The translations under genes and the position numbers were made by a program. From Octopus sinensis (Eukaryota): 64,000 nucleotides of DNA. Position 1 is the first letter of the stretch; the number at the start of each line of letters is the position of its first letter. Of the stretch, positions 13,367 through 27,032 are shown one piece after another. Below the pieces are notes generated by a model. It had not been told where the DNA came from and made no database searches. It saw only the letters and a program-made list of their open reading frames with translations. The stretch is from positions 24,427,360 through 24,491,359 of the forward strand of contig NC_043019.1 of assembly GCF_006345805.1 (NCBI RefSeq), written 5' to 3'.

Positions 13367-14410
13367 GAGTGAGAGAACAGTGCATGCCATCAAAGTGATC
13401 GGGTAAAATATACAAAGCCCAGTATACCCATCGTAACTACCTCTCTGATAAGGTCACACCAGGCACATGCATCAGAACCATATGTGCGTGACATGGCGAT
13501 CTCATATCAAGATGAACCGCGCATGACCTTGCAGGTGAGGCCCAATTAGAATTGTCTTCAGGTCGAGTAGCTCATCCCACTCAAAACGTCCCTGAATACG
13601 GATTGTTTAAGGGTGTTGAACGAAACACCCATGTTTTCGAAGGTGAATTATCTAAAGCCCAAATAATCCCTCTCAACACAAGGCTATGATGCTCCCCACT
13701 ACTTCTGTTCGTGATCAGATATGCATGTATCGTCAGCCACTATGGGACATGCTGAACTGGTTAACGTTAAGCAACTGACAAGCAAGTACATGATAACACC
13801 TCCAATCAGTTAAAATAAGATGCCATTGTCATCTGCTGGTATTGATACATTAATTAGAAAGCGTTTTTTTCTTCATGATCTCTGACAACTATATCTGGCC
13901 TATTGGCCTTAATTTCTCTATCTGTGTGTATTGGCATATCCCAGAGTATGGTTGCTTTCTCATTTTCTGTGACCTTTTCTGGTGTGTGCCTATGCCATCT
14001 TTTTTCTCTTGTTATTTCATAGTGTTGGCATAACTTCCAGTGTATGTAGGTCCCGACTCTGCCGTATCCTGTAAATATATTCCTTCGTAGCCAGGACTGG
14101 GCAGCCAGAGATACTATGATTTATTGTTTCTTGTCCATCTCCACATATTCTGCAGATGTTATGTTTCTTTTCATTATATGTTTTTGGTAATTTCTGGTGG
14201 GGAGGCTTTGGCCTTGTACTGCAATTAAAAATCCCTCAGTCTTGCTTTGAGTTCTGGGCTTCTCAACCATTGCTGGGATTTTTCTCTATTTCTTTTGCAT
14301 TTAGTTTAGTCCAGTATTTGCCATGAAGGGGCTTTTCTTGCCATCGTTTTATCATGGTCCATTGCTGTTCTAGTTTTAGTTTGGATTTCATTTGTTTTAT
14401 AGCTTTTGTT
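13367..14410 (-). mobile_element. R4/Dong-type LINE: zinc-knuckle/restriction-like endonuclease region plus 3' UTR
   Basis: Minus frames give QSLPTRNYQKHIMK, CRICGDGQETINH..SGCPVL, ILWDMPIHTDREIKANRPDIVVRD. Preceded by (TTA)n 13281-13366 and followed by (TTC)/(TTA)n 14417-14523. Confidence 0.8.
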
Positions 14411-14417
14411 GTTGTTT

Positions 14418-14524
<107 letters not shown>

Positions 14525-14669
14525 CAGGCAGTGCTGGTATTAAGGTATGTCATACTCGATTAATGCATCGACAGCCATCATACACAGGCACAGACGCACA
14601 CACACACACACGCACACACACGCATACACACGTGGAAGCAACAGTAATTATTATTATAGTACTAATAGT

Positions 14670-14990
14670 ACAATCGTTATAAACATGAATAAAGCTGGTG
14701 AGAACCTATTAATAATAAGATGAAAGAATGTAATTGTAGAAACAAAACTGCATGTCCTCTCGGACATGGAGATGTATGCTCGGGGCTCGAGCAAAAGAAT
14801 TCGAAGACTCACAGAATAGAATATATAATACAACAACTAGTCAGCAATAAAAACTGTGCACACGACCGATGCAAACACCAGATTATGCAACCTTTGCCTT
14901 GAAGAGACTGTGTATCTCAATTTACAAAGATCAATCGATAAACAGGCACTCCGAGATCGTTATGATGTGTACGCACAAACTTGGAAAGCC
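14670..14990 (+). mobile_element. Penelope-like element (Naiad/Neptune-type) GIY-YIG region remnant
   Basis: KECNCRNKTACPL linker motif, then CNLCLEE and, after a frameshift, INRHSEIVMMCTHK. These match the CNCR..CPL and CxLC..E..LNKRSE...CxH pattern of these PLE proteins (recalled). Confidence 0.65.
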
Positions 14991-15490
14991 TTTCAAAGAA
15001 TACGCTAAATTCATTTAATATAGAACGTTTGATAAATTTATTAATAGAAATGAATATTTCATTCATGCAACTATCTATAAATAGGTAGGTATATGTCTAC
15101 CTCTGTATTTATGTAGGCGTATACTGATGTTAATATATTCATTTAATAACAGTTGTCTACCTATATTCATTTATCCTTTATCTATGTGGTTATTTTTAAT
15201 TTGTTAACTCTTGATTTTATCATTCTTAGTATAGGTTACGATCTATTTTATTAGTAATGTATTTATGTGTAAGTGTATATGCGTGTGAGTAAATATACAG
15301 GTGAATGCAATACGGTGCGTATATGTGTGGGCGTATGTGTGTGTGTAAGGATTTGTATATATATGTCTCTCTCTCTCTCTCTCCCTTTCACCCTCTTTCT
15401 CTCTCTCTCTCTCTCTCGATATACATACACATATACTTATATTAATATTTTTATTACTATTATTATTAATGTATATCCATGTGTGCGTGA

Positions 15491-15521
<31 letters not shown>

Positions 15522-16043
15522 TACATACATACATACATACATACATGTGTGTATGTATGTGTATGTGCGTGTGTGTATGTGTGTGACTATAGTAGAATAA
15601 TAAAAAGAAAGTTCTTGGTACAGTATTATATATTTGGTAAAATGAGTAGAGACAGTTTTGGTGGGCGGGGGTAAAGTTAACTCACTGTAAACATTATCAT
15701 TGAAATAAAAATTATCCCCTCTCCACAAAGCCATCTCTACTCATTTTGTTTCAAATATAGGATTTCGCTTAGGCATAGCTGTACTACTAACCTGGTGTTA
15801 GAACTCTGTATACGAACACTTCAGAACGAAACGTCAGTCGAATACTGAGCAGCAACAAGAAATTAGAATGACAAAGGAAGAATAAATTATGACACGAATC
15901 TCATTAGCTTACAGCAGCTCCTGTAATAAGACTCAATGTACTCATAGTTGAATGGCGGTTTATCACGATATGGCTTCTTCGAAGCTTCTGAATTTCATGA
16001 CATAATTAAGTTTAATTTTTACTTATACAACATATGTAAACAA

Positions 16044-16212
16044 GACGCAGGAGTGGCTGTGTGGTAAGTAGCTTGCTAAACAACCACATGGTTCCGGGTT
16101 CAGTCCCACTCGTGACATCTTGGGCAAGTGTATTCTGCTATAGCCCGGGCCGACCAATGCCTTGTGAATGGATTTGGTAGACGGAAACTGAAAGAAGCCT
16201 GTCGTATATATG

Positions 16213-16243
<31 letters not shown>

Positions 16244-16455
16244 TTGTGTGTCTGTGTTTGTCCCCCTCGCATTGCTTGACAACCGATGCTGGTGTGTTTA
16301 CGTCCCCGTCACTTAGCGGTTCGGCAAAAGAGACCGATAGAATAAGTACTGGGCTTACAAAGAATAAGTCCCGGGGTCGATTTGATCGACTAAAGGCGGT
16401 GCTCCAGCATGGCCGCAGTCAAATGACTGAAACAAGTAAAAGAGTAAAAGAGAGT
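16044..16455 (+). mobile_element. tRNA-derived SINE family B (CORE-like segment, internal TA/TG microsatellite)
   Basis: gagtggctgtgtggtaag A-box, gggttcagtccc B-box, ttgggcaagtg, tail (gtaaaaga)n; several copies in the window. Confidence 0.9.
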
Positions 16456-16869
16456 AAGCACACACAACACACACAAACGTGTGTGTGTTTGTGTCTATAC
16501 GTGTGAGGATGCGTGCGCAGCGGAGATAATGAACTTAATCACGTTCTACTATTTCTCTCTCGCAGTGGCTATCTTTCTTTTTGTTTCGGTCAGGCATGAA
16601 GAATGTTTTAAACAGGCTGCTCTTGGGTAGGCCCCACTTCATATATGAAACGAAAAATAGCTTGCATAATATATATATATATCAAACAAGTAGTACTTAC
16701 TTTTTAAGATTTGATACATATTCTATGATTTCTCTTTTAAGGAATCGTTAATTTACGGGACGTAAACAAACCAAAACCAGTTGTCAAGGGTGGCGGAGGA
16801 CAAACACAAATATAAGGATGCAAACACATACATATGCACATACGTACATACGTATATAGGTACCTACGT

Positions 16870-17130
<261 letters not shown>

Positions 17131-17132
17131 AT

Positions 17133-17545
17133 TACTCATTTACATGTTTCAGTCATTTGACTGTGACAATGCTGGAGCACCGCCTTTAGTCGAGCAAATG
17201 AGCAAATCGACCCCAGGACTTATTCTTTGTAAGCCTAGAACTTATTGTATCGATCTCTTTTGCCGAACCGCTACGTTACGGGGATGTAAGCACACCAGCA
17301 TCGGTTGTCAAGCGATGTTGGGGGGACAAACACAGACATACAAACATATACACGCAGATACATATATAGAGAGAGATGCATATATACGACGGGCTTCTTT
17401 CAGTTTCCGTCTGCCAAATCCACTCACAAGGCTTTGGTCGACCCGAGGCTATAGTAGAAAACACTTGCGCAAGATGGCACGTAGAGGGACTGAACCTGGA
17501 ACCGTGTGGTTGCTAAGCAAGCTACTTACCACACAGCCACTCCTA
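17133..17545 (-). mobile_element. SINE family B copy
   Basis: Reverse-complement match to 16044-16455. Confidence 0.88.
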
Positions 17546-17562
17546 TACATATATCATACACG

Positions 17563-17594
<32 letters not shown>

Positions 17595-17608
17595 CATACA
17601 TACATACA

Positions 17609-17642
<34 letters not shown>

Positions 17643-17644
<2 letters not shown>

Positions 17645-18857
17645 GTGGGCGTCAGTTGGTTGACATCTCTTTCAAGAACTCTTCTAACGTATTTCTTTTT
17701 ATCTTACTTTTCGGATACATAATATCGGACAATACTCTGATTCAATAAATGAAAATACTCGCTCGTTGCCTCAAGAGTGCAGCATAGTGATACAGAGAAA
17801 GTTCGCTTCCTGGAAGTTGCCTGATCCTTCGTTGTCAAAGTTTAAAAGGAGCTAGAAGCTGCTGATGGGTATCCAACACCAACAACAACGAAATGCAAAA
17901 CGCATCCACTGGGTCATAGTACCATTAGGACACGTGACTTTATACAAAACGTCCAAGAAGTAATCGGCAAACATCTCGAAATGCCAATCAGCGCCATTGC
18001 AAAGGACCTCAAGGTTTCAGAATACGCCATCACAAGTGCTGCGCATGAGGACATCCGATAGAAATCCTATGGGATACGCAGGGCTCATTTTATGCTGGAT
18101 GTGATGAGAATCCATGCAAAGCGCTTGCTAAAATAGTTAAAACACCAAGAGGCTGGAATGCTTTGGTTTTTCTCGGATAAGAAAAACTTCGATGAGGACC
18201 AAAAGTTAAACCAAAGGAAAGAGAAATGGTTATGCAGATACCCGAATGACATTCCAACGGTCATGCATACCAAGTTCTCAGCTATTGTGATGGTTCAGGT
18301 AGTCGTAAGCAACGGGGGAGATGTCCTGCCTCCTCAATTCTTTCACAGGGTTTAAGAGTCAATGCCGCTGTCCACACAGAGGTGTTGGAGAAAGTTGTGA
18401 GGCCTCCTGAATAGACAGAGTCTTCTAACAAAACTCCGCGCAGTCTTATGAGGCCAGGATAACCTAAATGTGAATGTGAACCAATCTCCATGATCATGTT
18501 CTCCTAGACATATGCCTCCCTAGCTAACCAGACCTCAATCCGCTAGACTATTATGTATGGGTCGCAGTCAAGAGAGAGGTCAATTAAGATCCTATAGCAC
18601 CATACAATCTCTTAAGTCCTCCATAACCAGAATTATGCCCAGAATTAATAAAGATCCTCTGATTAGGGCATGTCAAGGCTTTCGACCCCGTATTGAATCA
18701 GCCATTGACGAGAATAGTGCATTCATTGAATAGGTGTGATAAAACTATTCTCAAAATAATTCGAACCCATTTGTTTACAAATACATCTTTTCTTTGATGA
18801 GCTATGCGTCTTTGTCTAAATTCGTACAAATGACCTAAAAAAAACCGATGCACCCTG
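17643..18857 (+). mobile_element. Tc1/mariner (maT-like) element, degraded, with residual TIRs
   Basis: WFFSDKKNFDEDQKLNQRK, PDLNPLDYYVW; ends ta|tagtgggcgtcagtt ... aaccgatgcaccctg|ta. Confidence 0.8.
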
Positions 18858-18867
18858 TATATGCAAC

Positions 18868-18996
18868 AGGTACCTTTCAGTTTCCGTCAACCAAATTCAC
18901 CTACAAGGCCGCCTGAGGGGCCATATCAGAAGATACTTGCCCAAGGTTCCAACGTGGAACCATTGATAGAAAAGCTCACTTCTTATCACACAGCCT
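18868..18996 (-). mobile_element. SINE family B 5' fragment
   Basis: ctttcagtttccgtcaaccaaattcac...acttgcccaagg...cacacagcc. Confidence 0.65.
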
Positions 18997-20753
18997 TATG
19001 CGCGCACTCATACACATGTAAAACCGTTTAAGAATTAAAGAAAGGACAGTAGATAACTTTACATGGTTGGCGTAGGCTAAAGGTGACTTCGATATTGTTT
19101 TAGTGTACATATCGGTGTTTTGCTTGACTTTAGCTATTTGTACATGCACAAGATATCAATTCTGAGTTGATATCGATATGAATAAAGGCCCTTGTATACA
19201 CACATACACTGACACATATATATATGTAAATCCATACCAATATACATACATATATATACGGTGGTGAAGTCTCCTGTTGTGGACGACAGGTTGTTGTTCT
19301 GCTATTTCTTGCCGAACAAACTGTACGGTGTATTTCTTTATAGCGATTAAATGCTTGTGCCGTACCCTTAATGCCTCCAAGAAATCGACATAGCTTGTAC
19401 AGGTGCACTTCTAATGTCAAGGTATCGCAGAGCAAAATGAAATTAAGGAGTTGTATAGCAGCGGGTTCGCCAATCGAAAACACAACCTTTCCAATGCATG
19501 TATGTAAAATGCAATATGTATGCATATATGTGTATATCTATTCACACAAATATATTTATATGTGTGGGTAGGCGGGTTTAGTGTCCGGTAACTAGAACTT
19601 CTGTAATTTCATCTCAATAGACTGACACAGCAAACCACTGTATCGTCGGCAAATTCATCGTCATACCAAATACAAATCGGTAAATTTATCATCTTGTTTT
19701 TTTTTTATCACCTCAATAAATATATTTTTCATTAACAATGAAAAAGAAATATTTTCCTGCCTTCATTCACATATAACATAGTCGAGAGCCATTTACATGA
19801 GCTTGAATTTTCTTCTTTCTCGTTATAACTGTCGAAAACATAAATCTGATTGTTCTACTGTTACAAGTCTACATACGTACCAAAAAGAAGAAATTATTAA
19901 ATGGTGAAACATTATGTCCTTCTCTTCATTTCCAAATAGTCATAAAAATTTCACCTTCTATGTGTATAAAAAACTAAGAAAATTAGAATTGTACTGGTTT
20001 ACTATAAAACATCAATGTACTTGTAATTCATATGTATTTAATTCAACCTAATGAAGCAATAACGACAATAAAAGTCACACAAAAAAGAACATAGTTTCTA
20101 ACTAACAATCCAAGAAAGAAAAATCGAAGACAAAATCTTTAGATTTACTTAATACATACACAAAAACAAAGTTACCTTGTTTTGAATATATGCAGTAAAA
20201 AGTTAACAGCGTTCTAAATTGATGGAAGAAGCAAACATTCAAGAAAGGCAAAATATAAGCAATGCCTCTTCAATAATCTAGTATTTCGTGATTTTCGTTA
20301 TACATTTACGACTTGTTCAATTCTTGTTGCACTATTTTATACCTTTTCGTTACATGGAATGTCTGCACCGGAGAAAATTAATTTTTTACTTTGTTTCTTG
20401 ATTGTTTCTAAAAATTTCCAAATATAAAACTTTTGGCGTTGAATATCTTTATCATTGTGAGTGAAACACAACGCATTCTGGCCGCGAATAAAACCTCTAG
20501 ATGTTTATTCTGCGGATATACAGGGTGGCAATGAATCCACTCAGGATGTATTTTGGCATAACGTTGTATTTACCATGATGGTGATATATTTACAGTGATG
20601 GAACTAGTCGCGACAAATTCACAACTAACTTGTATATATATATATATATATATATATAAGTTCAGCAAAAATTTAGATTCAAATGAATATGGTAATTGAT
20701 TTAGATGCACCAGAATTCTGTATGGTGTTATCCATATAAATCGTGGTGTGATT

Positions 20754-20987
20754 ACAATCAAAATAAGCAACAAGAATGACTCCGGTAATTTCGTAAGATC
20801 GTTTCGTACTACATCATTTTATTAAATGTTGTAAGTATTTTTGTATTAATGGAAAACCTCTATAATTGGCTGATGAGTGCTCAGCATTTTAAAACTGTTG
20901 TAATATTTACAACATTTAATAAAATGATGTAGTAGGAAACGATCGTACCAAATTACCGGAGTCATTCTTGTTGCTTATTTTGAGTGT
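20754..20987. mobile_element. Fold-back element with 86-bp inverted repeats next to (TA)n; probable PLE derivative
   Basis: Arms 20754-20839 and 20902-20987 (5 mismatches); loop contains CTGATGA-GTGC-tca-GCAT. Confidence 0.75.
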
Positions 20988-21524
20988 ATATATATATATA
21001 TATATATACATACATATTTAAATGTGTGCTACTATTAGTTTCTCGGGCGCACACGCACACACACACATACACACACACACAGCCACACAACCCGAAGATC
21101 AAGAAAAAGGACTCCGTCCGGTGAGAGATAAATATTGTTTAATGCACACACTAAAAAGTTATGAGATACCAATAGGTTCGTACACTGGAGATGTCTGACG
21201 GGTTTAATGACATGTCTAGAACAAGAGAAATCACGAGAAAATACGAGAGGAAGGTGGATACAAAAAATGACTGTAAATGGCGTGGAGTTGATCTTCAAGT
21301 CCCATGCGTAGCTTGCCAACTTAGCAGATTTATTTTGTTCATGTGGCGGAATGAAGAAATGTGGTTAGCATAGGATCTTTTGACGTCGCCTTCGTGAAAC
21401 CCTATGTAATTCTTCATTTCGGTTAAGCTATCATGTAATGCTGTTGTGACTCCTGTCTCATATACGACGAAGTTTATAATGCAGACCTGGTCAAGTGGGC
21501 AAGCTCCAGGGTTTCGACAGATAC

Positions 21525-21760
21525 CTATTTATTTATTACCCACAAGGGGCTAAACATAGAGTGGACAAACAAGGACAGACATAGGTATTAAGTCGATTAC
21601 ATCGACCCCAGTGCGTAACTGGTACTTATTTAATCGACCCCGAAAGGATGAAAGGCAAAGTTGACCTCGGCGGAATTTGAACTCAAAACGCAACGGCAGA
21701 CGAAATACGGCTACGCATTTCGCCCGGCGTGCTAACGGTTCTGCCAGCTGGACGCCTTGA
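21525..21760 (-). mobile_element. SINE family A, young copy
   Basis: 14-bp TSD gtttcgacagatac at 21511-21524 and 21761-21774. Confidence 0.92.
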
Positions 21761-22520
21761 GTTTCGACAGATACGATTGGGAGTGAGTAGGGATGGTGCT
21801 TACGAGTAACGATGCTCTTTATACTAGGGCAGTAGCTGTATGATAATTTGATTGCGCGTCTTGATGTATTTGTAATTTTCTGAAAAATGCTTATCTACGT
21901 TAGTTTTAAATTTTAGGGAGAAGGTGGGGTGAACAAAATCATTTCCTTGGGTTTATTTTTGTGATTCATATTTTTACTTGAAAGGTTGTAATATATCTTT
22001 GAAGCTACTGTTAGCTAAGACACTGAGTTGGCTAGTCACCTCCGATATTTTTGAGGAGCAATTCCACGCCACATACAATCAAGTGGAAAATTGTAAAAGA
22101 AAAATCCATGACATCTAAAAAAAAATGTAAGTTGTGCGTAGCTTAAAGATTGTATGTCCTTTTTAGATTTAAGAATGTTACCGCATTAGTGGTCAGAAAT
22201 CCTCAGCGAATGCAATCATTTGGTGAAGTTTCTTTTGGCGAATCGGAGGATTAAGCGGTTGTATTGCAAATTTTAGACACCTTGCATTGATTCTATACTG
22301 ACGAGCTTTATGGTTCTTCCTCGTTTCTTTCACCCTCCCACTTCTTGCATCCCTGTTCATCTCGTATTTTCTTGTTGTTCTATTGTCTTGATTTGTAACT
22401 TGTATTGGCCATATGCTGAGAGGCTGAAGGAGACACCAGAGGTTTTATTAAAATCTGACAGACAACATCTCCAATGTATGAAACTATTAGTAGCTCATAC
22501 CTATATACTGTATACATTAG

Positions 22521-22608
<88 letters not shown>

Positions 22609-22632
22609 TATATACGCACAGACATAAATACA

Positions 22633-22697
<65 letters not shown>

Positions 22698-22742
22698 ATA
22701 TATATATATATAATATATATATATATATTATATATATATATA

Positions 22743-23983
22743 CAGGGGGTCCCCACGTAGTGTATATACACTTTAGCAGCTGATAGCTCGTTATTTTTTT
22801 ATCTTAGAATAATGATGACAGTTAGCCGAAGATTTGGACACAGGAAATTTGGCTAAAGTGTTACTGAAATTTTGGAAACTAAGTGGAAGTGCAAAGGCAG
22901 TTTATAATTGAGTTTCAAAACAGTCCACCTACGCGACTAACCATCACTCGGATTAAAGATAAATTAGAAGCGGATGGAACTTTTCAGAATGTTCACAAGA
23001 AAGGCTCCAGAAGACTGCGGACATCGACGAGTGCTACAAACCCAAAAAGGTTATTAGAAAATTCTTGCCAGAGTTGAAGAAATCTGAGCGACAAGTGAGA
23101 AATAAAATAGGAATTTAAAAATGAAGCGTCCCTCGCATGTTAAAGCGCTATCATTGAAATAATTACATCCCAAGAATAGTTCATACTGTCAACGAAGATG
23201 ATCTGAACCGAAGGCTGATAGTTTGCGATTGGTATTGGCAAGATGCGCAAACGATACACGTATTCCAACAATGATTGTTAGGAATGAGGAGGGGGACATT
23301 TAAATAAATGGCTCAGTTAACCGCCACAATAGCATGTACAGAGAGACCGAGAATCCGCATATCACGGATTTACATCATGTTAACTCACCAGGTTTTGAAG
23401 TATAGGGAATATTATTATCAAAAGAATTCATTGGACCGTTCTGTTTTGATGGTAATGTGTCTGATCCCATTTACTTAAACTTGATGCAATAAGTTGGCAT
23501 GCCAAAGCTTTCAAGAGGACTTGGAAGATGTGGAGTTTTATTTCCAGCAAGATGTTTCACATCCACACTACCATAATAATGTAAAATCCTACGTTGATAA
23601 GATTTTGGCAAACACGAGTATTGGACTGAGAAGTTGAGTAAAACACTGTCTGTCTTCACCGGACCTCATACCACTCGACTTTTTACATGAAGATATTTCA
23701 AAGATAAAGTTTACGGTACAGAATTGACAGCAGCCATTGTACAAGAATGCATACAAATACACTTAATGTTTCTTGATGTTTGCGATTCCATTGGTTCACC
23801 TTATCGGCAGTGCCTGGAACAGAAAGTTATTCAGTTTCAAAACAATCGTTCATAAAAAAAGATTAAATTCTCTATGTAGATTCTGTTCAATTTTGAAGAT
23901 GAAATGTATTTTAACAAACACTGACTTTATAATCATTCAATGTGTAAATGTGTGTGAGTGTACATTTTTTGCGACATCCTCTA
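22743..23983 (+). mobile_element. Tc1/mariner-superfamily element, degraded full-length copy
   Basis: EVQRQF..EF..SPPTRLTITRI, FK.NGSVNRHN, YFQQDV, SPDLIPLDF. Degenerate TIRs cagggggtcccc/gcgacatcctcta with TA flanks, inside TA arrays. Confidence 0.8.
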
Positions 23984-24010
23984 TACATACGATTACACAT
24001 ACATACCTAC

Positions 24011-24041
<31 letters not shown>

Positions 24042-24044
24042 CCT

Positions 24045-24104
<60 letters not shown>

Positions 24105-24135
24105 ATACATACATGCATACATACATGCATATATA

Positions 24136-24186
<51 letters not shown>

Positions 24187-24544
24187 CATACATATATATA
24201 TATGCGTGTTGTGTACGTATGTGTGTATATGTATATATAGCCATACATGCATATATTTATGCGTTATGTATGTATGTGTGTATGTCCATATATATACAGG
24301 TATATCAAAAATGTTCAAAAGATCGTTTATAAAAAAGAAACGTTTGAATTTACAATTTTAAAGACTATGACAGCATTAAAACACTAGGAGATTTTGTATA
24401 TTATAGTTTCAATTGATTTTTTTTTTGTTTTTTGTAAGTGTCTGTCTCGTCTTGTTTTGTTTCTATAAACCTCTTCATCATTTATAATTACGTCTTTAAG
24501 TGTCTTTACATTCAGTCCCCAAATTAAAATATACAAATGTTTTA

Positions 24545-24617
24545 TATATGTGTGTGTGTGTACATGTGAGTGTGTGCGCGCGCGCGCGTGTGTGTATGTG
24601 TGTGCGTGCGTATGTGT

Positions 24618-24696
<79 letters not shown>

Positions 24697-24702
24697 TGTG
24701 TG
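24545..24702. repeat. (TG)n microsatellite downstream of Wnt6
   Basis: Directly visible. Confidence 0.95.
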
Positions 24703-24829
24703 CATGTATATACGAGATAAGACGAAACAGTAAGTTTCGATGACACTTTCGCATTATCTTTGTGATTTCGAGAGAAACCATCATCACAGCCAGTCTTCTG
24801 TCTGTCTACATCTAAAAAACATTTTCAGT

Positions 24830-24835
24830 TTTATT
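24830..24835 (-). promoter_or_regulatory. Candidate Wnt6 polyadenylation signal AATAAA
   Basis: AATAAA on the minus strand about 365 nt after the stop. AT-rich context makes a chance occurrence likely. Confidence 0.25.
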
Positions 24836-25200
24836 TTGTTGGTATTTTATAGTCAATCGGGTTTTTTTTTCCTTTATACAAGCAATGAAATTAATATGTA
24901 TTGTGTTTGATATGTTCAATTACTCATTTTAAATAAGTGACAAGAATAACCATAACAACCTCATCTTTAGCTTCCTATTAATTTTCGATTGAAAATAGAT
25001 GCCAAATGCAATTCAGTTTATGCTTCAATTTAGGATATTTTCTGAAATAAATGTTAGAAAAATAACTCTATTTTTCAATTGATTCGATTAAATGTTCTAA
25101 ATCTTTTAATATATCTTCTTAATAGCGCATCAATGAGTCATATGACGTTACTCCTCCGTAGCTTTGACTCCTGTTTCACTGATATGCTCAGTGAACGATG

Positions 25201-25662
25201 TCATAAACAAGTGTAAATAGTCTTATTATTAACACATCTCTGGCACACAACATCACAGCACCAAATAAATCTACATTTACAGTTTTCAGTTACTACTTGG
25301 TAACCTCTTTTGTAACCGCGCTTACAGCACAAAAGGTCACAGCCTCCGACATCTTTGGAGTACAAGTCACATGTGCGACCTTTGGTTCCCAAAGAACCAG
25401 CCTTTCGACTCGGTCTACAAAAATCAGGCGAATTTTCAGAATAAATAAGATCTGTAGCACTTGGTTTCTTTATGGTGTCTCCTTCAGGAATTACGTGCTG
25501 TCCATCATTTGAAATTATCACTTTCGAAGCGCCTTTAAACTTTTCTTTTAATCGATTTCCAACATGCCTGAATAATGGCATTTTCTGCCAACATGTTTGT
25601 AATGTGCAAGATCCAGACAATCCGTGACATTTGCAGACTCTCCTCATATGGTTCTTCACAGC
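25201..25662 (-). CDS. Wnt6: Wnt6 last coding exon (AVKNHMRRVCKCHGLSGSC...NKTIYTCL*)
   Basis: Wnt signature CKCHGLSGSC with the acylated Ser (codon 25615-25617) and the Cys-rich C-terminus. Acceptor tattgtAG at 25663-25664, phase 0; TGA at 25201-25203. Confidence 0.95.
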   Translation of the reverse strand, partial: AVKNHMRRVCKCHGLSGSCTLQTCWQKMPLFRHVGNRLKEKFKGASKVIISNDGQHVIPEGDTIKKPSATDLIYSENSPDFCRPSRKAGSLGTKGRTCDLYSKDVGGCDLLCCKRGYKRGYQVVTENCKCRFIWCCDVVCQRCVNNKTIYTCL

Positions 25663-27032
25663 CTACAATATAGAAAAATTGTAAATTATTTTAAGGATGT
25701 AAAAATTTAGTTATTATTTATTAACAACTATATTTGAAAAGATTTTTATGATTTTGCAAATACATTTACCTGTTTTGTTTTGTTTTTTACAATATATATA
25801 AGTGAAAACGATGAAAGGCGAACTGAAACCGGTTCGTGAGTTTTATTAGCCTTGTCTTTATTAAATCATAAATGACAATTACAGACGTAGCAGTTATTGG
25901 ACTTCTGTCGCTTCAAATCAACCAATCAGTTTAGACATACAAAATGGAAATTTTGGAATACACTAGAGGTTTAGTATAGAAAATAAAATTGAATCATGCC
26001 ACTATCAGTTTCATTCCAACTTAAAATTTTCTGACCTCAGTTTTTCGTTTGAGTTTGGCTAGTGAAATAATCAAAATTGACCAGAGTTTTGAATACTTTA
26101 GTATATATCTAACTTTGAACATCAATACATACATTGATTTGAAATCCTGGTCTTGTTGATACTGCATTTGGTGTCAATAAAGCATATATTAATAGCATAA
26201 AAAGAACTTTTGAGTTGACTGTGCCCGTGTCCACTAAATATAAATATGTGCCTTTTTACGTAATACATTATATGTAAAATAAAATGACACGAGCTTCAAT
26301 TTGCAAACGGAATTGAAAACGCATGTGAGGTGAAAATTGTTATACAGAACTTAGAAATCTTGTAGTATATTCGGCTCTAAGAAGCAAACAATGGGGCAAT
26401 ACTTCATTTTGCATTTGCATTTTAACTGAATGTAACTAGTTAGTTGAAATTATAGCTATTACTGTCTATGTAGCAACTTGTTACATTTACACAGTAAAAT
26501 ATACGCATATCAGACATATAAGTTTTGATTATTTCCCATACAGAATATATATTTCTCAAATAAGTTCACAGTCAAATGCTTAAATAGACAAAGATTAATC
26601 AAAGAACCCAATATAAGTTACATCAAAATGTCAGGCAGAGTTCAGTTTGCATACCCTATTACTCCAATGTAAAAATAAGTCATATTTTCCTCGACATTTC
26701 CAAATTTCTAGTAGTTATTATTATGACTTTACTGTAATATGAGACTCGGCCTTTGTGCAGCATTTCTGCTACTAGGATTTGTCGATTACTTTGCTTATGT
26801 CTTCAGTTGTTGTTAAGCGTCATCGGATTGTAAAGTCAGATCCTGCATTCATCAGAATCTGATGAAATTATTGCAAGTAAGGGTCACCAATAATTCCAAA
26901 CGCTCAGTTTGACTCATATGATTAACCAAATATTCTACTATTGCCGCTTGGATTTTAGGAGTCGGCTGCGCTACAATGTTTCTCACTTTGATCGTAGTAA
27001 TTTCATTTCTTACACATATCAATTCCTTTTAA

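Noticed and set aside
21346-21422. Imperfect hairpin with TTGACG...GAAAC (type III hammerhead or pre-miRNA?)
   Set aside because: No helix I, degenerate core and large bulges
24720-24790. Small hairpins and GTGATGA...GAAAT downstream of the Wnt6 stop
   Set aside because: Stem II does not form properly; compatible with chance
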